From Eledone cirrhosa (lineage: Eukaryota), in NCBI GenBank assembly GCA_964016885.1, contig OZ024740.1:426932001-426996000 (forward strand): a DNA stretch of 64,000 nt, written 5' to 3'. This document shows positions 42,973 through 54,274 of the stretch, in pieces. Numbering within the stretch: position 1 is the stretch's first letter; every line of letters begins with the position of its first letter. A program made the translations under genes and the position numbers. The notes beneath the pieces were generated by a model. The model saw nothing but the letters and a program-made list of their open reading frames with translations. It was not told the origin of the DNA and searched no databases.

Positions 42973-43271
42973 GTGATAACATATAAATACGGAGATAAGA
43001 CATGGTTAAAATATCCATATTCCCTAATACATGCACGAAGAAATATTGTAACAGTTAATCCGTCATATAAGACAATGTAACTATTGGTCTTTCTGTTGTT
43101 GATATTATCGCAACTCCTGGGAGAGCACCTGGGAAAATAAAGTAATAAAAATAAAATTGAATCCAGGATAATAGCGTCAGGTGAAATGTATTCAAATTAA
43201 CTAACTGACCTTTCATTGTTTTCATCTTAGAAATTAATGAGTAGACGTACAGACAGACAGCCATATTGTAT

Positions 43272-43355
<84 letters not shown>

Positions 43356-43502
43356 TAGAAACAGAAAGTAAGGTTCTATACAAAACAGTTGATATAGAGA
43401 AACGGTGAAGTTGGAAATAGCACGGAAAATATATTTCAGGGTCTGTTTTTCTTTTTTTATTCTCCCTTTGATTCATCAAAGTGTCATTATTGAAATGATA
43501 AC

Positions 43503-43632
43503 GCCCCTTTACGGTTTAAGTTCAAATCCCGTCGTGGTTAACTTTGCCTTTCATCCTTACGGGTCGATAAAATAAAGTACCAGTAATGTACTGGGTATGT
43601 GCTGGCCGTGTGCCAAAAGTAGAAACAATTAT
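43503..43632 (+). mobile_element. 5'-truncated SINE family A with TSD
   Basis: Body matches family A; flanked by ATTATTGAAATGATAAC / ATTATTGAAAAGATAAC. Confidence 0.85.
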
Positions 43633-43972
43633 TGAAAAGATAACATTATTGAAAAAATGAGAGGTACAATTCATTTTTTAAAAAAGGTTTTATAATGTAT
43701 ATAAAGTATATAAAGTATATAAAGTATATAAAGTATTACCGGTTTCGATGTATTATTAAAATTCATCTTATCAAATGTTGAGTATTGAAATAAATTAAAA
43801 GAATTAATAGGAGTTAAAAACTAAAGATTTAGAATTAAAATCAAATGTTGGAGAAAGTTTTCTTCCATCTTTCTTGCTCAAAGTTTGGCTCCAGCCAAAT
43901 TGTGAGCAAGAAAGATGGTACAGTATATGGAAGGGATATATTAGGTTAACGCTTGATGAAGCAGGGAGAGGG

Positions 43973-44008
43973 TCTTAACTTTTCGGACGCTAGTTCTTCA
44001 TCAGAAGA
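43973..44008 (-). ncRNA. Minimal hammerhead-like motif
   Basis: Reverse complement: TCTT-CTGATGA-AGAACTAGCGTCC-GAAA-AGTT-AAGA. Confidence 0.45.
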
Positions 44009-44140
44009 AAGAATGAGAAATAAATTAGATTGAGGGGACAGGTGGGTTGGAATTGGAAAAAAATATCTTTAGATAAAAATAACATGTCCATTCATGTTGG
44101 CATCTCTTGCAAAACTGTGGGTGCTGGCGTTTTGTGCATG

Positions 44141-44209
<69 letters not shown>

Positions 44210-44462
44210 TGTGTGTGTATTTGCATAAGCTTCGTCTTAACTATTAATTAACTGTGTTATTAATTACTACTTTAACGTGTTGTATGCCTTCACTTAGTTA
44301 AGTGCTTATTTACTGGCAAGACGAAACAAGCACACGCACACTCCACTCTTGTGTGTGAACTTTAATTTCACAGGAGAGGGTTGTTGAAGGGGATAGATAT
44401 ATATAGTACTCCAGTTAGGCCATACTCTCGTCACTGAAGGAGCAAATAAAATGTGTGTATAT

Positions 44463-44533
<71 letters not shown>

Positions 44534-44725
44534 TAAACGGAATAGAAAATGCTGACAAATTGTTCACAGTTGAAAAATGGTTTAATTAGGAATAAAAGAG
44601 TATTAGTGATTGTATGGGTTAGTATTCAGTTGTGGTTTTAAGTTTTTAAGCTTTTACCGGTTGCGCATTTCTAAATGCTTTTCAAAAATAATTTTGAGAT
44701 AGAGTGTCCGTGCTGTTTGCTCTGA

Positions 44726-44781
<56 letters not shown>

Positions 44782-44785
<4 letters not shown>

Positions 44786-47700
44786 CTGTCTGATAGCTAT
44801 GGTAGCGGGACTCAATGTCCTGGCAGGTTTTACCATGTTACAGAGATATCAGACTATTGGTCCTAGAGATGATTCATCATCTTCTAGAGTTAAAAAGCTA
44901 GCTAAACTGAAGAGCTACCGGCCTGCACTCCCAGCCAGTGGGATGGCGTCATCTTATGGTTAAAACAGCACGAAAAAAGGGGCCTCAGTACCCTGCGCGT
45001 CAATCGGGCCACTCCACGACGGCGGAGTGCAACCCGAGCGACGAGAGGCTGCTAAGAATCACAGGTTCCCGAAGGCCGCCAAGGAACAGGACTAACCTTG
45101 CCATATGCACCTACAACTCCAGATCTTTGGCAGGGGGGCAAGGACTGAACCACCTAATGGAGGAGAAGAAGAAGATCAGGTGCGACGTGTTAGGGCTGTG
45201 CGAGACCCGCCAGAAGAAGGAGGCGAGTTCACGACGGTAAGATGGATGCGCCCTGAGACTCGGGAAAGCAGAGGATGCCAGATCGGTCGGAGGTATAGGG
45301 TTCATCGTAAACAAGGAATGGGCTTCGAAGGTCACTTCTTGCCAGTTCATATCGTCACGGATTGGTGTACTGAACGTGAACCTCTCAGGGAAGGCCACCC
45401 TCAAGATCCTCCAGACCTACGCTCCCACAAGTGCCAGCGACGACGATGAAGTGGAAGAATTCTATCGCCAGCTAGACAAAGTGCTAGCTGTGAAGTCCAC
45501 TTACACCGTTGTGATGGGAGACTTCAATGCAAAGGTCGGACAGGGACGGCAAGGGGAAGTGTATGTAGGAAGATTCGGCCTAGGAGAGCGAAATGAGAGA
45601 GGAGAGCGTCTGGTCACCATGGCGGAGGCGAGACGGCTCTAAATCGGAAACAGCCTATTCAAGAAGACGGAGAAGAGATGGACCTGGGTATCGCCAAATT
45701 CTGAGCACCGAAACGAGATTGACTACATCTTGGTCGACAAGTGGCGCATACTGAACGACGTCTCTCTCATAACGCCATTCAACACTGGCAGTGATCATCG
45801 TCTGGTGAGGGTGAGGATCGTCATCGACCGGACGAGGGAGAAGAAGGCGCTGCATTTGGCGTCGAAGGGAGAACGCGTCCGGGTCTTCAACGAGGCGCAG
45901 CTGCAAGAAGCCATTATGCAGGAAAAGTGGCGTCAAGGAGACGACATAGACGCTGATTACGACTCACTGATAAGGAAACTGAAGGAGTGCTTGAGGAAGG
46001 CTAAGGGTGTGTGCCCGAGGGAGCGGAAGGGAAGAGTCTCGGAGGAAACTATGAAGTTGCTTGAGAAAAGGAAGAATATGAAGAGGACACCTGAAGATCA
46101 CCTCGAATATTCCCTTCTCAGCAGAGTGATACGTCAACAACTGAAGAGAGACTTCGAGGCATACCGGATGGAGAAGCTCCTGAAGGCCGCGAAGGAAAAG
46201 AAGAGCCTCAAGAAATGCGAGAGGGACATGACAATTTACAGATCGGAGGCGACGACCCTGAAGAACACAGCTGGAGTACCAGTCAGTGACAAGAGTGAGG
46301 TGGAAAAGGTTTGCGAAGACTTCTACACCAAGCTCTTCAAGTCTGCCGGGAATGTGCAGCCATTGCCGTCACTCCAACAGGAAGAAAATGTGTCACCCAT
46401 CCTTGTCGGTGAGGTCGAAAGAGCCGTCCGCTTGATGAAAAGCGGAAAGGCGCCAGGGAAAGACGGCATAACATCGGAGGTGTTGAAGTCAGGCCGAGAG
46501 CAGCTCTGGAAAATCATCGCCGAGCGATTCACACAATATCACGACGAGGGAAGAATACCCTCGCAGTGGAAAGAGTCGAATACCATCCTGCTATACAAGA
46601 AGGGCGATAGAGAAGATCTGAAGAACTACCGACCCATATGCTTAGTGTCTCACGTCTACAAGCTATTCACGAAGATAATCCTGAACAGGTTATCACGTCA
46701 TCTGGACGAACAGCAACCGAGAGAGCAAGCCGGCTTCCGGAAAAATTATAGCACGATGGATCACATATTTACTCTGACACAACTGCTTGAGCGAGCGAAA
46801 GAGTACAAGATGCCTCTTTGCGTCGCGTTCGTTTCCTACAAGAAGGCCTTCGACAGCGTCGAAATCAACGCAGTTCTGAACTCGCTGCAGAGGCAAGGAG
46901 TAGAGGCGCAATACGTTCAACTGCTCAGGGAGGCGAGTTCCGGATGCACCCCCGACATAGCTCTGCTGTCATCACCCGTACGAGTGCCGGTCGAGAAGGG
47001 AGTGAAGCAAGGAGATACGATCTCTCCAAAACTTTTCACCGCGTATCTCGAGCAGATCATCAGAGGCATTGATTGGCAAGGCGGTGTCAACATCGACGGC
47101 GAGATACTTAGCCACCTCCGTTTCGCTGATGACATCGTACTCATCGCTGAAACCACGGATCAGCTTCAGACCATGTTGACGGAGCTCGACATCAAAAGCT
47201 CTGCAGTAGGCCTCAAGATGAACCGTATGAAAACGAAGCTCATGCGGTCCGACAACTTACCAAAAGGTCGAATGGTGGATGGCGGTGATGACATAGAGGA
47301 GGTGGAGGAATACGTCTACCTGGGAGAAGAAGTGAACAAGCGCCGTGACATTGAGAAGGAGATCTCGCGGAGAGTAAGGGCCGGATGAAAGGTGTTCAAC
47401 GGCATAAGGGATGTGCTCAAGTGGAGGTTGGACAAGACCACCCGCGCCAACCCCTTCAATAGCAGTTTTACCTGTATTGTTATATGGCAGTGAAACTTGG
47501 GTTACAACGAAGAGAGAAGAGCAGAGGCTGGTAACGGCTCAAAGAGCCATGGAGAGATCAATCCTAGGAATCTTGTTGAGAGAGCACATCAGGAGCGAAG
47601 TCATCAGACAGAAGTCTGGCGTGAGGGACGTCATCACGGAATATATGCGCAGCAAGTTCAGATGGGCTGGACACGTCGCCCGGTCCACCGATAATCGGTG

Positions 47701-47906
47701 GACCCGCACAGCTGCCGAGCGGCACCCGCGCGAGCGGAAACGACCACTTGGAAGGCCTCCACGAGGGTGGAGTTGAGATTTTAAGAATCTGATTGGGACT
47801 ACATGGATGAGGAAAGCACGATCCAGGGAGGAATGGACGGCGTGCTGTGACCAGCGGCGCCGAATGGACGCCCGAGAGACTGGTCGGTCAAGGTGATCAA
47901 GGTGAT
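44782..47906 (+). mobile_element. Near full-length RTE-clade LINE (APE endonuclease and RT), inactivated by 3 in-frame stops and a late frameshift
   Basis: APE motifs CTYNSRSL, DVLGLCETR, QTYAPTS, MGDFNAKVG, IDYILVD, GSDHRLV; RT motifs KAPGKDG, NYRPICL, QAGFR, KKAFDSV, GVKQGDTISPKLF, LRFADDIVL, YVYLG; C-terminal RWAGHVAR...RPLGRP; (TCAAGGTGA)2 tail; (TA)n on both sides. Confidence 0.95.
45730..47388 (+). pseudogene. Longest open segment (552 aa) of the RTE reverse transcriptase ORF
   Basis: RT domain with FADD; same frame as upstream segments ending at stops 45238-45240 and 45640-45642. Confidence 0.9.
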
Positions 47907-47983
47907 ATATATATTTATACATATATATATGTACACATATGTACACACATATATGTACATATATATGTATATACCCCCCCTCC

Positions 47984-48025
<42 letters not shown>

Positions 48026-48086
48026 ATAATTATTATAAAAGTAAATTAATTTGTTTTAAACGTTTTCTAACCCAGAAAAAAGAGAA

Positions 48087-48254
48087 AAAAATGACGGAAA
48101 CAAATTTGTTTTTCTTCCTAATAATCTTTTTTTATCCCTATATATATACATATATATATATATATAATGGAAAAATTTGAACAGGAACAAAACAGCGAGG
48201 CAGTACAACGAATGTTTATTAATCTCTGTTTTGTTCCTGTTCAAATGTTTCCAT

Positions 48255-48294
<40 letters not shown>

Positions 48295-48339
48295 GGGATA
48301 AAAAAAAATAATTAGGAAGAAAAAAAAATTTGTTTCCGT

Positions 48340-48341
<2 letters not shown>
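48087..48341. repeat. Imperfect foldback with (TA)n inside both arms
   Basis: TGACGGAAACAAATTT...TATCCC(TA)nATGGAAA.ATTTGAACAGGAACAAAA / TTTTGTTCCTGTTCAAAT.TTTCCAT(TA)nGGGATA...AAATTTGTTTCCGTCA. Confidence 0.85.
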
Positions 48342-48381
<40 letters not shown>

Positions 48382-48488
48382 AATATATATATCTGTGTAT
48401 AGGGAGAAGAACGATTATTAGGAAGAAAAATTTTATATATATATATATATATAATATAAAATCAAAAGATGGTTAAAAGAGTTCCATG

Positions 48489-48559
48489 TATTTTATTATG
48501 CACATTTCAAAAACAAATATCATCATGGGATGATATTTGCGTTCTCATCAGATAAAATA
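48489..48559 (-). ncRNA. Type I hammerhead ribozyme (minus pLTR copy)
   Basis: Reverse complement of 49456-49526. Confidence 0.82.
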
Positions 48560-49455
48560 GGGAGACATGATATGAAGCTTAAAAAGCACATGCGAGCAGT
48601 GAAGTGTTAAATCAACATATGAGAAATAAGATAAGATGGATATGTGAGATTGGGAAAAAGGAAAGGAAGGGGGAAGGAAAAGGTAAGGAAGAGGAAGAAA
48701 AAATATAGATAGAAGAAAAAAATAATAATAATAAGGAAAGGATGACGGAGGAGGAGTATAAAAAGGAAGGATGAGAGAGGAGGAGAAATGAGTGAGAGAG
48801 AGAGAGAACCTTTAATACTGAGATCTCTGTCTCACAGAGAAAAACAAACCGATGTAAGATAATACATAATTTTTAAAAATTAAGGAATTAAAAGTTAATG
48901 AGGTTTATGAATGGTGATGCTTATTGATTAAAGAAAAAGGAATTAAGAATACTATTTATTTAAGGTTTATATATTGAAGGGTTTAATAAGATGTGCGAAA
49001 AGGAATATATTAAAATGTATTATTAAAATGAAATATATTAAGGAGATAAGGTGAATGAAGATAAGGTTAAATGAATTCTTAATTCCTTTTTCTTTAATCA
49101 ATAAGCATCACCTCATTAAATTTTAATTCCTTAATTTTTTTAAATTATGCATTATCTTACAACGGTTTTTTTTTCTCTGTGAGACAGAGTTTCTCAGTAT
49201 TAAAGGTTCTTTAATACTCTCACTCATTTCTCCTCCTCTCTCATCCTTCCTTTTTATACTCCTCCTCCGTCATCCTTTCCTTATTATTATTATTTTTTTC
49301 TTCTATCTATATTTTTTCTTCCTCTTCCTTACCTTTTCCTTCCCCCTTCCTTTCCTTTTTCCCAATCTCACATATCCATCTTATCTTATTTCTCATATGT
49401 TGATTTAACACTTCACTGCTCGCATGTGCTTTTTAAGCTTCATATCATGTCTCCC

Positions 49456-49526
49456 TATTTTATCTGATGAGAACGCAAATATCATCCCATGATGATATTT
49501 GTTTTTGAAATGTGCATAATAAAATA
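49456..49526 (+). ncRNA. Type I hammerhead ribozyme (plus pLTR copy)
   Basis: TATTTTAT-CTGATGA-stem II-GAAA-TGTGCA-TA^ATAAAATA. Confidence 0.82.
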
Positions 49527-49853
49527 CATGGAACTCTTTTAACCATCTTTTGATTTTATATTATTTATACTCCAGGCCTATAAACTGTTGAGTGCTACTT
49601 ATTTGCATTGCTTTATTGTGCTACAATAAAACTCACCTGCTACATATATATATAGAGAGAGACAGAGAGGGAGAGAGAGGAGGTAGATATCTATATATAT
49701 ATATATTGATAGAGAGAGAGATTGATAGATATGTGTGTGTGAATTATTCTTCATTGTGGATAAAACCACCTGTGCTTAGAAAATAGCGAGCACAATTTGA
49801 AAATCAATCAATGTTACGACGAAATTTTCTAAATCAGTTTTCATATACACACA

Positions 49854-49920
<67 letters not shown>

Positions 49921-49932
49921 TCTCTCTCTCAC

Positions 49933-49963
<31 letters not shown>

Positions 49964-49975
49964 GTGTTTCTGTGT

Positions 49976-50116
49976 AGACACATGGCTTAGTGGTCAGCGC
50001 GTTGAACTAACGATATTGAGGCTGTGAGTTTGATTCTCGCGATGTGTTATGGTTTTATGTCCTTGAGCAAGACACTTTATGTTACGTGGCTCCAGTTCAT
50101 TCAGCTATAGAAATGG
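49976..50116 (+). mobile_element. CORE-type SINE (family B)
   Basis: CATGGCTTAGTGGTCAG...GAGTTTGATTCTC...TGTCCTTGAGCAAGACACTTTAT...CTCCAGTTCATTCAGCT. Confidence 0.75.
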
Positions 50117-50951
50117 ATTACAACGTCACTGTAAGCAAGCAATATCGACTTCCGCCTTTCCTTGGAGAACACCTCTCCCCAACAGTATGTTGTATTTAAT
50201 TGTCTCATCAGGTTTTTAATGATATAGTTGCCAATCCCATTATGCTTCAATCTCTTTGGTGACAGGAGAAATAATTTAAACATATATAGTATAGAACCGA
50301 AAAAGATACTGCAATGAATCTCGCCAGTTATTATATACATTCGGAGAAACCACGACACGTTACCGCCATGGACTGGTACTCTATATGTCAACACCTAAAA
50401 TATAAATACAAAGTTGAGCACTACGTGGTTTCAATTCAGTGTGTAGAGGATGGGAAATGATGGGGCAACGCTTTCAATCTAACGCTCTAATAATTCTGAC
50501 AATCTATTTATGAGTAAAGATTAAACTCAGGCAGTTATACGTATATATACATATAACATCTATCGTTGTCTTATCAAGTGCATGTGTGTGTTGATGTTCT
50601 CTCTCTCTTTCACTGCCTCTGTCTATCTCACTCTCTCCAACTCTCAATATAATATGCACATGGAAACCCACGCGTTGGCTTCCCCGCGCCCCCGGCTGGC
50701 AGAATAGAGGCGTCTCCCTGGAGGAGGGTGAGGGAGACGCATTGCAAGGGCCATTTCAGTTCGCCAGACTCACACCCATGGGTAGCCAACACGATGCCGA
50801 TGGTGGTCCTAGAACCAAGGACACCAGAAATCTACTATCCGCTTCACAAGAAGAAATGAGTTTAGGTGTAGTGAAATATAAAAAAACAGAATTTGAAAGT
50901 CAAGAAATTCCCGACAATTAGCGTAATCTAGAATTTCATATAACTACACCA

Positions 50952-51167
<216 letters not shown>

Positions 51168-52395
51168 CAAGTGCCTTGCCCTAAGGAAACACTCACCACC
51201 ATGGAACGCATGCTCTTCCAATTTCTTTGGAAGAAGCGTCCTCCTATGGTGAGAAGATCCATCTGCTGCCAACAACCTTCGAAAGGAGGGCTGGGGATGC
51301 CGTGGTTGATGATGCGTAGGCACGCATTAAGGCTACGGCACCTACAGGTATTCCTCACTGGTCAACCGGTGTGGGCTCCGTTCGTGAAACGAGCCTTTCC
51401 GAGACTCGTCTCGCTCACCGAGCTACAGTCCTGGGTCAAGCAAAGATCCGGAAAACTGGGAGACTGGCACACTGAGTGTGCTCAGGCGCTCAGGGCTCTC
51501 TGGCAAGCGGGCCAGGCCATCGGTGGAGAATCCACCTCATCATTCTATAGAGGGCTGGTGGCTAGCAGGGGCGATGACACCCTTGGAGAGTCGCTGGACA
51601 TGGAAGAAGACGAACTGGCCAGCCTGTTCGGTAGGACTTTCGGCCCAAGACCAATGGACAACTTCCAGAAGTCACTGGCCTGGCAGTGCTACCGGGGGGC
51701 TCTACCCGTTCGAGAGAGGCTCTACAGACACGGACGCCCGGGCAGGGATCCCTCAAAAAAGATTTGCCCTAGATGCGTGCGTCACGAAGAAACCGTTGCG
51801 CACGCATTGGTGCAATGTCCGGGCGTGGCTGATCTGTGGGGCTACGCCAAACGACTGCTGTCGCGGGTGGCACCGATTAAATTGACCGCCGAGTCCGTGA
51901 TGACAATCAAACCGCCTCCCCTCTTCACAAAGGAAGCAAACGCGGTTTTTCTGTGCGTAATAGCCATGTTGAAAGAGGTTGTTTGGTGGACACGATTGAA
52001 AGGTCTGAGGTCAGGCAACTTCCTCTCTGGCCATAGTCTGGTCTACTTCTTCCGATATCACTTCGGAAGAAGGATAAGAATGGAGAGAGAGGTGCTTGGC
52101 CACAGGCAGTTTTATGAAAGGTGGGTGATAGTGGCGAAAATGGCTCGTGTAAATGGGCCTTCTCTGTGTACCATCCTGTAGGTAAAGAAGTAAAGGAGAG
52201 GGGAGCACCTTCTCCATGTGCTCCCCGGGCAAAGGATTGCACACTTTTTCGGGGGTGTGTGCAACCCCCATCACGTCCCCTCCCTTTTGAGGTTATTTTC
52301 GATTATTTTCATGTTACACCCTTTTTACTCGATTATATGTAAACTCCCCCTTTGTATTTGTCCCTTCTTTTTATGCCTTTATGGTAAATAAAGAA

Positions 52396-52396
<1 letters not shown>
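51168..52396 (+). mobile_element. 5'-truncated L1/Tx1-clade LINE: uninterrupted 336-aa ORF2 C-terminus (51171-52181) plus 3' UTR, inserted in (TCTA)n
   Basis: FQFLW...VRRSICCQQPSKGGLGMP (post-RT motif); zf-RVT WQCYRGALPV...CPRC....ETVAHALVQC; AATAAA at the 3' end; (TCTA)n on both sides. Confidence 0.9.
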
Positions 52397-52457
<61 letters not shown>

Positions 52458-52460
52458 TTA

Positions 52461-52514
<54 letters not shown>

Positions 52515-52607
52515 AGTTTATCCGGGTTCAATCGGGGGTAACCCCAGTAAGTAAGGTACTCAATACAAAGCAGAGTATAAATATTTAATGTGTATTTAAT
52601 GTAGAAA

Positions 52608-52658
52608 GGCTTCTACCGGACTAGAACTCTTTCATTCCGGAGAAATCATCAGGAAGCC
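52608..52658 (-). ncRNA. Hammerhead-like motif (stems II and III degenerate)
   Basis: Reverse complement: GGCTTC-CTGATGA-TTTCTCCGGAAT-GAAA-GAGTTCTAGTCCGG-TA^GAAGCC; perfect 6-bp stem I. Confidence 0.5.
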
Positions 52659-52667
52659 ATTCGACAT

Positions 52668-52768
<101 letters not shown>

Positions 52769-53330
52769 ATAAATATATAATAAATGTAATCTGATGTTTT
52801 TCGAATATTAATAATAACATCCGATTCGTTTGCAATTTTGCAAACAAGCCTCAATTTTATAGCCATGTCAATAGAATGAACACTTCATTCTTGCCCTTGT
52901 GTTGGCATATGAACTGAGTGGAGCCAACAACCTTTGCTTTCACTCTGAAGCGGGATCTTCAGGGTAAAAGCAGAAATATATATATTCATTTATATAAAAA
53001 ATAAATGTGTTCTCATGCGTATATATATGTGTGCATATGTATGTATGTGTGTGCGTGTGTGTATCTGTATGTGTGTGTCTTCAAGAACTGAGACCTCGCT
53101 ATTATGGCAAACATTAATATATATGGAAACATCATCCTGGTAACACATCCGTGCTGCTGAGAAAGCAGAACACTGCACAGACAAGATGGACAGCAGCTAA
53201 AAGCATTCCACCAATACAATATGAGACACATTCAGCCCATCTAGAGGCAGAAGTAAAATGAAAATACCGAAGGTTGTACTTTGTACACAATACAGATGTA
53301 ACCATTGAAACAATTATAGACAAATCACAA

Positions 53331-53505
53331 TGGCAGCATCGGTAGAGGGTCGGACATGCTTTCCAGCATAGTTATGTCCCCCTACGATCTCAGTTCAAAT
53401 CCCACCGAGATTAACTTTGCTTTTCATCCTTACGGGATCGATAAAATAAAGTACCAGTAATGTACTGGATAATTGCTGGCCTTGTGCCAAAAGTAGAAAC
53501 AATTA
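53331..53505 (+). mobile_element. SINE family A
   Basis: TGGCAGCATCGGTAGAG...CAGTTCAAATCCCACCGAG...GGCCTTGTGCCAAAAGTAGAAACAATT. Confidence 0.85.
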
Positions 53506-54152
53506 GAGTGGAAATATGACACTCGTGTCGGATCAGCTCCTATAATCAGAACTTAAGGCAGTCACGAAATCATTCTGTGGCCAAATGAAGAGAAACAACG
53601 ATGTCCTTCGTGTTACACTAATCAAATGTCAGACATCGTTGGCTGATTGTTATAGGATGGTCTGTTGACTGATGATCAAACAAGGAATTAGCGGTCGGAT
53701 CAAAGAGTTACCGGCAACACCCCTTGTCTGGAATAGATAAAACTGTAAAAAATATGCATATAATGTGTGCTGTGTACAGACATAAGTACAGGCAAACAAA
53801 CAGATTAAGCACATGTATATAGACAAATAGTTTTCTATATAAATACACTTATCCTATCACTATCAATATGATATCACGTTGTGATAGTCAACATGAAAAT
53901 GATAGGAAAGTTTAAAAAAACACGCATGAGCAATGGAAATATAATTTATTTTGAGGCCTAAGTAATTTTAATAAGGTTGACTGCTAACATTAGATATACT
54001 TCGTTCTGCTGTTTTATTTAATAAACACACCATAAACATCAATGAAACAAAGAAAGCAAAACAAAACAAAAAAATGAATATATAGAAATAAAATGAAAAA
54101 AATGGAAGGAATTTAAAGAAAATTCAAGTGAAAGAGAGAGACCTATAGACGT

Positions 54153-54185
<33 letters not shown>

Positions 54186-54274
54186 TAAATATATTAAGTG
54201 ACACTGACATATGAAACAGTTTTCCTGTCTAAGTTGACAAATAGACGATAGCAGTTAAAGAGGTATTGATTGAA

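Larger units (their letters stand above)
48452..49563. mobile_element. Inverted pair of Penelope pLTRs of the same family as 32557-33185 (minus copy 48452-49077, plus copy 49075-49563)
   Basis: Both arms align closely to the 3' end of the 31290-33185 element; they join at GAATTC. Confidence 0.92.

Noticed and set aside
52930-52970. CTGAAGA...GAAA on the minus strand
   Set aside because: No credible stem I or stem III, so not called as a hammerhead.
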